DNA from: Actinomycetes bacterium
Lineage (GTDB): Bacteria > Actinomycetota > Actinomycetes > Actinomycetales > BWSM-131
Assembly: GCA_046566325.1 (NCBI GenBank)
Contig: JBKHWX010000121.1
Location: 1-38,370, forward strand
Length of the DNA: 38,370 nucleotides
Reading direction: 5' to 3'
Made by a program: the position numbers and the translations under genes. Below are positions 9,998 through 17,581 of this stretch, one piece after another. Positions within the stretch are counted from its first letter, which is position 1. Every line of letters starts with the position of its first letter. Under the pieces are notes generated by a model. That model was not told the DNA's origin and did no database searches. It saw only the letters and a program-made list of their open reading frames with translations.

Positions 9998-10101
9998 GCC
10001 GCGCATCCTCCCACAGCGGTGAACCGCGGCTGTCAGAGGACGACGGCCGCTCGCCGGGCGTGCTGCCCGGGAGCGGTCGTCGTCCTCGATGAGCGTCGAC
10101 G

Positions 10102-11493
10102 TCAGCGTGCCTGCGTGGTCGACACCCAGACGGCGCCGTCGGTGCCGCGCACGAACACAGCCATCTTCTTGTCGAGCCGGCCGACGAGGGCAGGTCCCGC
10201 GTCGGTCTGGCCGCCGGCGTCGGACCAGCCCAGCCAGCCTGCCGAGTAGCCGCGCCGCTTGACCCTGCGGTCCTTGCCCACGCTGGCGACCTCCAGCATG
10301 TTCGTGGCGGGAGCGGCGATCGCGGGGTCGGAGGTGCTCTGGCCGCCCAGGTTCAGCCAGGGCGTCCACGTGGTCCGCAGAGAGCGGTGCCATACGCCTC
10401 CGTCCGTCCCGGTCACCACGAGGTCGATCCGCCCCGGCCCGTCGGAGGTCACGGAAGGCGCCGAAGCCAGCCCACCGCCGAGAGACTTCCATCCGCTCCA
10501 GCTGCCGCCGGAGTACGAGCGCTGCCACAGCGCCTTGTCGGTGCCTCGGACGAACACGTCCATGCCGCCCGGCTTCGCCGACACCGCCGCGGGGGCGGAG
10601 TCCAGCGTGCCGCCGAGACTCTCCCAGGCACTCCACGTCTTCCCGGTCCGGGTCCGGTGCCAGAGGGCGTTGTCGGTGCCGCGGACGAAGACGTCGACGC
10701 GATCCTTCGCCGGCGAGGCCACAGCGGGGCTCAGGTCCGTCGTCCCGCCGAGACCCTCCCAGGGTGACCAGCTGCCGCTGAAGCTCCGCGAGTACAGAGC
10801 TCGGTCGGTCCCGACCGTGACGACCTCCATGCCGTCCGACGGCGTGGAGAGGGCCGCGGGGCGGCCGATGATCCCGCCTCCGAGGGACTGCCAGGCGCTG
10901 TACTGGAGGGTGTACCAGGACGTCTCTCCCCGGGCCCCCGCCCAGGACATAGAGATGTGGACGTGGTTGCGGTGGCAGATGTTGTCGTCGACCGGGCTCG
11001 TCCGGACCGACACGCAGTCGCTGTACTCCCGCCAGCCGGCGGCGGTGTTGTACAGGGAGAAGATGCGGCTGTCCCAGATGACGTACTGGATGCCGAGCCG
11101 GCGCGCCATCGCGTGGTGGTTGCCGTACTCATCGTCCCGCAGCAGCCACTCGAGGAACGACTCGGCGGTCGCGCGCTGGTCGGGCACCCGCGAGTTGGTC
11201 ATCCAGTCGATGGCCCGGCCTTCCTCGTGCCCGCTGTTGCTTGCGGTGCACGCTCGGGAGATGTTGCTGGTGATCGACGTGCCGTAGGTCGCCTTGAGCA
11301 GCCGGACCAGCGCCTCCGCCCCTGGCTTCGGTGTCGGGTCGCAGCCGGACTCCGCCTCGTACCGGGAGTAGGCGTCGATGCTGCGCGGAAACGGCGGTGC
11401 GGAGGGTGCGACCGCGGACGCCGGAGAGGCGACGCCGAGGACGGTGCCGAGAAGGGCCAAGGGAACGAGAAGGCGCAAGAACGAGAGGTTCAT
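10102..11493 (-). CDS. Secreted protein: putative Zn-peptidase (DD-peptidase/M15-like fold) plus six PLL-like beta-propeller repeats
   Basis: Signal peptide ending ASA. HEEGRAID and HRNHVHIS motifs. Six W-x-x-W-x-x-LGG...P-A-V...D-V-F-V-R-G-T-D-x-A-L-W repeats. Confidence 0.8.
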   Translation of the reverse strand: MNLSFLRLLVPLALLGTVLGVASPASAVAPSAPPFPRSIDAYSRYEAESGCDPTPKPGAEALVRLLKATYGTSITSNISRACTASNSGHEEGRAIDWMTNSRVPDQRATAESFLEWLLRDDEYGNHHAMARRLGIQYVIWDSRIFSLYNTAAGWREYSDCVSVRTSPVDDNICHRNHVHISMSWAGARGETSWYTLQYSAWQSLGGGIIGRPAALSTPSDGMEVVTVGTDRALYSRSFSGSWSPWEGLGGTTDLSPAVASPAKDRVDVFVRGTDNALWHRTRTGKTWSAWESLGGTLDSAPAAVSAKPGGMDVFVRGTDKALWQRSYSGGSWSGWKSLGGGLASAPSVTSDGPGRIDLVVTGTDGGVWHRSLRTTWTPWLNLGGQSTSDPAIAAPATNMLEVASVGKDRRVKRRGYSAGWLGWSDAGGQTDAGPALVGRLDKKMAVFVRGTDGAVWVSTTQAR

Positions 11494-11535
11494 GAGACGT
11501 GACCACGCAATCGGTAGGCGGCGTTCCCTTACGGG

Positions 11536-11562
11536 ATCGGCCTGCCGGCCTGATCACTTGAG
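11536..11562 (-). promoter_or_regulatory. Putative FliA/sigma28-type promoter CTCAAG-N15-GCCGAT
   Basis: Minus strand ctcaag tgatcaggccggcag gccgat, about 43 nt upstream of the start at 11493. Same spacing as the copies at 15664 and 17375. Confidence 0.65.
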
Positions 11563-11632
11563 GTGAGGAATGTTCACCTCTCTGTAGCCGGGGGCGGACG
11601 GCGCGCCGCTCGGCGTCCTGCGCGTCGTCTCG

Positions 11633-13384
11633 TCAGCGCCCGGGGCTGGTGAACAGAGCGCACGTGGGGGTCGTGCCGGACGCGCGCCACCCGGCTCGGG
11701 TCAGGAGCTCGTCAGCGGCGTCCTCCGTCTCGACGCAGGCCACGGCCACGTCGAGCTCGGACAGTGCCCGCAGCACCGCTGCATCCTCGCCGTCCATGCG
11801 GTCCCCGTCGGCGAAGCGCTCGAGCAGAAGCCGGTCGTCGAGGTGCCCGCCGGGTACGGAGCGGAGTGCGGCCATGTAGTCGCCCCTGCTGACGACGGGG
11901 TGCACGCGGGCGGAGACAAGGCTCACCGCGAACGAGGTGCTCGTGGGAGCCAGGACCGGATGCGACGCGCCGTCAGAGGTGGCCACGCTCACGACCTGCC
12001 GTGCCGCCTCCAGGTCAGGTTCGGGAACCTTCCACCGGGGAAGGGTGATGGCCGCTCCCGCGTTCTTCGGCGACCACAGCGGGAGCCCGGTCCCTACCAG
12101 GGCGCCCACGGCGAGGACGGCGACGAGGCCCCGCCACGCAGGCGATGACCGTGCGCTCGCCAGGAGCGACACCGCGGCGCCGACCAGCGCGGGGAGCGGC
12201 GCCACCCATGCCAGCCGCCACAGGATCAGGCCGGCACCGGTGGCGGCGTCGATCGTGTGCAGGGTGGCGGGTGCCAGGACGGCGCAGGTGCCGAGCACGC
12301 TGAGGAGCGCGACCGCGCGGCCCACGCCCCGCGCGCCCAGCCAGCCGAGCGCCAGCCCGACCACCGCGGGGACGACGACGGCGCCGCTTCCGAGCACAGA
12401 GGCGACGACCTGCATGCTTCCCGGCGCGGACACGTCAGGCAGTGGGGGCGCCCCGGGGACCGACACGGAGACGAGCGCCGTCGTGACGGGGTAGACCGCG
12501 ACGGCTGCCGCTCCGGCCGCAGCTCGCAGATCTCGTCTCAGCACCGCTACCACTCCGAGGACGCACGCGACCACCGGCACCACGAAGAACGCGGAGGTGG
12601 TGAGTCCCACACCTGCGACTGACGCCCCCGTCATCAAGATCAGACTGCGCCGGGACCGGCTCCGCAGCCAGTCCGTACCCACCGCGTACAGGTACGGAAC
12701 GACGACCGCGACGAACAGGACCTTCCCCTGCCAGATCCGCCCCACGTGCAGGTTGCCGAAGGACGCATGGTCGGCACCGCCCCACAGGATGAACACGAGC
12801 GCCGCGACCAGCGCGAGCGAGGGCGCGGACACCCGCCACGACACGAGCAGCCGGTGCAGCGCGAGGACGGCGACGGCGGCCCCGACGGGAGTCGCGACCA
12901 GGTAGACGACCGTCCCCGCCTCGAGACCCGCGGCGCGAGCCACGGCACCGAGCAGGGTCTCCCAGGAGGTGACCGGGGGATAGCCGCTCGCAACCGGGGG
13001 GTAGACACCGGCCGAGAAGACCGTGTCGCGGGTGGGGATGAGCCCCAGCTGCCGGACCGCTACCGAGCGGCCCACGTAGACGATGTCGTCGGCGTCCGGC
13101 CGGGTGAGCAGCAGCGAGAAGACGGCCATCGCACAGGCCAGGCCGACCGGCACGTAGCGACCGGCGCTCCGCCGTCCCCGGGAAGGCACGGACGGCCGGC
13201 CGCGGGTCAGCCAGACGACCACGCCGGCCGACAGGGCAACCCACACGAGGGCCACCGCGAGCAGCGGCATGCTCAGCAGCAGCCCGAGGTGGTACGCCAG
13301 CGTCCATGCGGCCAGCAGACCCAGGGCGAGGTCGACGAGGAGGTCCAGACGGCCGGCCGGCGGCGCGGCGGCGCGTGCTCCCAT
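11633..13384 (-). CDS. Polytopic membrane protein, DUF6077-like, probable GT-C glycosyltransferase
   Basis: Many hydrophobic segments, an acidic PDADDIVY loop, and GNLHVGRIWQGKVLF. ATG 13384 has a GAGGGG RBS. Confidence 0.75.
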   Translation of the reverse strand: MGARAAAPPAGRLDLLVDLALGLLAAWTLAYHLGLLLSMPLLAVALVWVALSAGVVVWLTRGRPSVPSRGRRSAGRYVPVGLACAMAVFSLLLTRPDADDIVYVGRSVAVRQLGLIPTRDTVFSAGVYPPVASGYPPVTSWETLLGAVARAAGLEAGTVVYLVATPVGAAVAVLALHRLLVSWRVSAPSLALVAALVFILWGGADHASFGNLHVGRIWQGKVLFVAVVVPYLYAVGTDWLRSRSRRSLILMTGASVAGVGLTTSAFFVVPVVACVLGVVAVLRRDLRAAAGAAAVAVYPVTTALVSVSVPGAPPLPDVSAPGSMQVVASVLGSGAVVVPAVVGLALGWLGARGVGRAVALLSVLGTCAVLAPATLHTIDAATGAGLILWRLAWVAPLPALVGAAVSLLASARSSPAWRGLVAVLAVGALVGTGLPLWSPKNAGAAITLPRWKVPEPDLEAARQVVSVATSDGASHPVLAPTSTSFAVSLVSARVHPVVSRGDYMAALRSVPGGHLDDRLLLERFADGDRMDGEDAAVLRALSELDVAVACVETEDAADELLTRAGWRASGTTPTCALFTSPGR

Positions 13385-13535
13385 GCGACCCCCTCTGCCA
13401 CCGCCCGTGCCGGCCCGACGGTATCCGCCGACCTCCGGGCACGACGAAGGGCGGGCCTCCGCGGCTGCTGTTCGCGCCGGGAGGCCCGCCCTGGTGGAGC
13501 TCTGCCGTCTGCTGGCGGGAAGGCCCGCAGCAGAC

Positions 13536-15548
13536 CTACTGCGACTGTCCGGACAGGAGCCAGACGGCGCCGTCCGTACCGCGCGCCGCGAGACTGATGC
13601 TCCCGTCTCCCGCACTGGCGAGGGCCGGGCCCTCGGACGTCGTGCCGCCGACGTCCGACCAGGACTGCCAGCCGACCGAGTAGGCGCGCCTCTTGACGTG
13701 GCGGTCGGTCCCCGTGGTCGCGATCTCGAGGGTGTCGGCGGCCGGAGCGGTGACCGCCGCGTCGCTCCCGGTGTCGCCACCCAGGCCGAGCCACGGCGTC
13801 CAGCTACCCCGCAGCGAGCGGTGCCAGACCGCCCGGTCGGAGCCGACGGCGACGACGTCCACACGGCCCTCGCCGTCGGAGGTGGCGGCCGGCCCCGACG
13901 TCAGCGCGCCGCCGAGAGACGACCACGAGGACCACGTCCCGTTGTCGTAGGCCCGGTGCCAGAGCGCCTTGTCGGTCCCCTGCACGAGCACGTCGATCCG
14001 GCCGGGACGCGACGAGACGGCCGCCGGCGAGGACGCGAGGGTGCCTCCGAGGCTCCGCCACGCGGACCAGGCACCGTTCTCGTAGGTGCGCTGCCACAGC
14101 GCGCGGTCCTGACCACGGACGAAGACGTCCCGTCGGTCGCTTCCCCAGCTCGAGACGGCCGGGCTGAGGTCGGTCGCTCCTCCGAGCGACTGCCACGAGG
14201 ACCAGGAGCTGCTCTTCGACTTCAGGTACACCGCCTTGTCCGAACCGACGGCGACGACGTCCAGACGACCCGGTGCGGGAGCCACCGCGGCAGGACGTCC
14301 GAGGATGGCGCCGCCGAGGGACTGCCAGGTGGAGTACTTCACGGCCCGCGGGACCGGCTTCGCGGCCGCCGGTGGCTGCGACGTCCCCTGCAGCTGCTGC
14401 ACCGTCGTCCGGATGGCCGGCAGCTGTGAGTACAGGTTGTTCCCGGGGCACTCGGTGAGGCCCACGTCCCGGTGACCGAAGATGACCGGAAGGGTCACGC
14501 GCTGACCCACCGCGTACCTCGCGGTCCCGCCGCCCGCGCTGGTGAGCGTGACGGAGCCGGTCGGGCTGACCCCGTACATCCCCAGCTTCCAGGCGGCGAC
14601 GCGCGAGATCGCGTTGACCATCGCCGGCGGAGCCGACGTCGTGGAGTAGTTGCCGAGTGCGGAGATGCCGGCCGTGCTCGCGTTGAAGCCACCGGCGTGC
14701 GCGCCCTGGACCGCCTTGTCGACGCCCCCGGCACGGCCCTCGTAGATGTTCCCCCACTTGTCGACCACGAAGTTGTAGCCCAGGTCGCACCACCCCAGGA
14801 CCTTGGTGTGGTACGCGTAGTCCGCCCGCAGCTGGGCCATGGCCTGAGCCTGGGTGGAGTAGGAGTTGCCACCGGCGGTGTGGTGCACGGTGATGCCCTT
14901 GACGGACGACATGTACGTGACCGAGTTGCACTTCAAGCGCTCGTCCGCGCCCCACTGAGCGCGGCTGATGATGGCGGGACGGGCAGCGGCAGCGCCAGCC
15001 GTCGCGAGAGGTTGAGCGCTCGCACCGGCGGAGGTGCCCGGGTCCACGAGCCGCACGTCGAGCTGGTCGGGCAGCTGGCCGGCCTGCGGGCGGACCCGCA
15101 CCTGCACCTGGTCGCTGTCCCCTACCCAGAGCGGCTCGGTCGCGGTCGTGATCGCAGAACCGGCGTCCGGCGCGCCGGGATCAGGAGCGCTGTCGAGCGT
15201 GGAGAGCTTCTGCCAGGCCTGCCAGCGGCCACCTGTGGCCACGCGCACCTCGACGCTCGGGGTGCGGTCCTTGCCCGTCCACGTGGCGCCCACCATCGAG
15301 AAGTTGCGGACGGCGATCGGCGCGGACTCCAGCGTCCCCTGCCCCGCCTCCGCGTTCGGCTGAGCAGAGACGCCGCTGGACGGCGCGGCCGCGGCCTTGA
15401 CGCCCTGGAGGCCGTCGAGACGGACGGAGACGGTCTGCAGCTCGGGAGACACCGGCTGCGGCGAGTCCGCCCAGACCGGCCCGATGACGGGTGCTGCGAC
15501 CAGCAGAGCGGCCGTCCCGACCGCCGTGATCACGGAATGAACCTTCAT
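13536..15548 (-). CDS. Secreted N-acetylmuramoyl-L-alanine amidase (Amidase_2/PGRP-like) plus six PLL-like repeats
   Basis: Signal peptide, IISRAQWGA, TVHHTAG, GWCDLGYNF, GAHAGGFN, GHRDVGLTECPG, then the propeller repeats. ATG 15548 has a GAGG RBS. Confidence 0.9.
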   Translation of the reverse strand: MKVHSVITAVGTAALLVAAPVIGPVWADSPQPVSPELQTVSVRLDGLQGVKAAAAPSSGVSAQPNAEAGQGTLESAPIAVRNFSMVGATWTGKDRTPSVEVRVATGGRWQAWQKLSTLDSAPDPGAPDAGSAITTATEPLWVGDSDQVQVRVRPQAGQLPDQLDVRLVDPGTSAGASAQPLATAGAAAARPAIISRAQWGADERLKCNSVTYMSSVKGITVHHTAGGNSYSTQAQAMAQLRADYAYHTKVLGWCDLGYNFVVDKWGNIYEGRAGGVDKAVQGAHAGGFNASTAGISALGNYSTTSAPPAMVNAISRVAAWKLGMYGVSPTGSVTLTSAGGGTARYAVGQRVTLPVIFGHRDVGLTECPGNNLYSQLPAIRTTVQQLQGTSQPPAAAKPVPRAVKYSTWQSLGGAILGRPAAVAPAPGRLDVVAVGSDKAVYLKSKSSSWSSWQSLGGATDLSPAVSSWGSDRRDVFVRGQDRALWQRTYENGAWSAWRSLGGTLASSPAAVSSRPGRIDVLVQGTDKALWHRAYDNGTWSSWSSLGGALTSGPAATSDGEGRVDVVAVGSDRAVWHRSLRGSWTPWLGLGGDTGSDAAVTAPAADTLEIATTGTDRHVKRRAYSVGWQSWSDVGGTTSEGPALASAGDGSISLAARGTDGAVWLLSGQSQ

Positions 15549-15663
15549 GTCAACCTCGTCGACCTCGACATCTCGGACAGCGCGAGGAGTCCTGGGACCT
15601 CCACCACCGGAGTCACCACCGCAGTCGGTTCCGGTGCGGGGTCCGCCATCGCACGAGAGAGTC

Positions 15664-15690
15664 GTCGGCCGAAAAGGGCCGGCACTTGAG
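15664..15690 (-). promoter_or_regulatory. Putative FliA/sigma28-type promoter CTCAAG-N15-GCCGAC
   Basis: Minus strand ctcaag tgccggcccttttcg gccgac, upstream of the amidase. Confidence 0.6.
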
Positions 15691-15920
15691 CCGATCGGAG
15701 GACGCCTTCGCGTGCGGGTCGTGACGGCGTTCCACGGATCGGGCCCAGGTGCGGGTCGCGAGGAGCCGCAACGAGGACGTTCCGCATCCGCCCTCGGGGC
15801 TCTCAGGTCGCTCACGAGGCTCGGCGGCCGAGCGGCGAGCTCGGTGTCGACGAGGTGTCTGGCGGGAGCGCCTCGTGCGCCTAGTGATCACAAGGGCCGC
15901 GGAGGCCGTAGTCTCCTGCG

Positions 15921-17261
15921 GTGCTGCCTACAGGGCCGAGAGCCGCGCGCGGACCGGCGTGGGTGCGCTGGACCGTCGTAGCCCTGGTCGTGGGCGTGCT
16001 CGCCCTGGGAGCGGTGGCCCGCTACCTCCCGATCCAGCAGTCCTTGTCCAGGGCGGACGAGTACGTGTTCATCGATGCGCTCGACAAGGCGTCACGAGGC
16101 GACGTGGTGGAGCAGGGAGAGCACCTCGACCCCTACACGCTGACGCTGCTGCAGTGCCGGGGCATCTCCGACTTCGGCCCCGTCGGCCCCCCCTGCGGCC
16201 AGCCGTTCCCGCTCTCGAAGGCTCCCTTCGGGGGGGTCACCTCGGCGGACGCCTACACGCCCACCTACTTCTTCCTCACGGCCTGGCTCGCGAAGGGCCT
16301 GCTGCTCACGCCCTTCGTCCAGGACCTGCTGGTCGCCGGACGGCTCGTCGACGGCCTGTGGCTGTGGGCGGGGCTGATGGCGACGATCGCCCTCGCGCGA
16401 TCCCTCGGGGCGTCAGGAGCGGCGTCCGTCGCCGTCGCGCTGCTGATGCTCACCGCACCTGCGACACGGTGGACGAACACGTACCTCACCCCGGACTCCA
16501 TGTCGATCCTGCTCGGCGCGGTCGCCGCACTCGCCGCCGTGAAGGTCTCCCGCCGGCAGTGGCCCGTGTGGGCCATGGTGCCGGTCGCGGCGCTGGCGAC
16601 GGCGGTCAAGGTGACCAACATCGTGGTCCTGGGAGCGGTGGTCGCCTTCCTGGTGCTCAAAGCGCTCCCGAGGCCGACCGCGCAGGTCGCCGGGGAGCCG
16701 AGGACACGAGAGCTCGCCCGGTCCCTGGTCGCCGCCGGCGTCGTCATGGGCACGACGCTCGCAACCGAGCTCGCCTGGCTGTGGGTCCGGTCCCGCCTGG
16801 CCGTCGGACCACCGCCGGAACAGAACCTCCAGCCGTTCCCGCTCACGCCGCACAACGCGGGGTCGACGATGGTGCGGTTCATGCGCGGCATCGTCGTCGG
16901 GCCCGACAGCGTCAACCACCTGGGAGACATCGCCTCGTTCCGGGGCGAGGTCATCTCCTGGCTCCTCGTCTCCGGTGTCGTGGCGGCCGCCCTCTTCGGT
17001 TACCGGCGCCGCGAAGACGTCGTGCACCTCGGCCGGGCGACGATGTTGACGCTGGTCACCGCGGGGCCGGGTCTCCTCGTGCTGCTGCTCGCCGCTCAGG
17101 TGCCGGTGTTCGACCTGCCCGAGCGATATGCGAGCTCGGCGCTGCCCCTGATGGGGGCGGTCACAGCAGCACTCGTCAAAGACCGGTGGGTGGCCCTCGC
17201 CGTCCTGGCCTTCGCCGTGGTCGTCTACGTCCACCTCGTGGTCTTCGCCGGAACCTGGTGA
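15921..17261 (+). CDS. Polytopic membrane protein, probable GT-C (PMT-like) glycosyltransferase
   Basis: N-terminal TM followed by a DE motif (SRADEYVF), YTPTYF, TPDS, AVKVT and a C-terminal PERY. About 10 hydrophobic segments. Confidence 0.7.
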   Translation: MLPTGPRAARGPAWVRWTVVALVVGVLALGAVARYLPIQQSLSRADEYVFIDALDKASRGDVVEQGEHLDPYTLTLLQCRGISDFGPVGPPCGQPFPLSKAPFGGVTSADAYTPTYFFLTAWLAKGLLLTPFVQDLLVAGRLVDGLWLWAGLMATIALARSLGASGAASVAVALLMLTAPATRWTNTYLTPDSMSILLGAVAALAAVKVSRRQWPVWAMVPVAALATAVKVTNIVVLGAVVAFLVLKALPRPTAQVAGEPRTRELARSLVAAGVVMGTTLATELAWLWVRSRLAVGPPPEQNLQPFPLTPHNAGSTMVRFMRGIVVGPDSVNHLGDIASFRGEVISWLLVSGVVAAALFGYRRREDVVHLGRATMLTLVTAGPGLLVLLLAAQVPVFDLPERYASSALPLMGAVTAALVKDRWVALAVLAFAVVVYVHLVVFAGTW

Positions 17262-17374
17262 CCACCGCGCACCGGCTGCGCGAGGTGGACGGAGCGAGCA
17301 CGTCCCGCCCGCCGACATGCCGCCGGAGCCGCCGGGGGTGAGTCGTCCCAGGACGCCCGACACCCCCGCCAAGC

Positions 17375-17401
17375 CTCAAGACCGGGCCCGCTCGGACCGA
17401 A
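17375..17401 (+). promoter_or_regulatory. Putative FliA/sigma28-type promoter CTCAAG-N15-ACCGAA
   Basis: ctcaag accgggcccgctcgg accgaa, upstream of the third secreted protein. Confidence 0.55.
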
Positions 17402-17581
17402 TCAGTTGGTCAGGCACCTCGCTTCCGACTGGTGCCGAGCAGGCTCCAGTCGAGAGGCGCTCCGTACGTGGCCACTCCCTTCCGCACAACCCCCGGGCGA
17501 CGCTCGGCGGGCACCGGTCCCAGCCGCGCCCCAGCCGGGGCAGTCGCTCTCCGAGCCCTTCCCGGCGCCTACGGCAAAGCA

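Noticed and set aside
15549-17581. c-di-AMP (ydaO) riboswitch upstream of the hydrolase genes
   Set aside because: I could not find the conserved GCCGAAUCC...GGAACC...GUCAGCUAAC elements in either leader.
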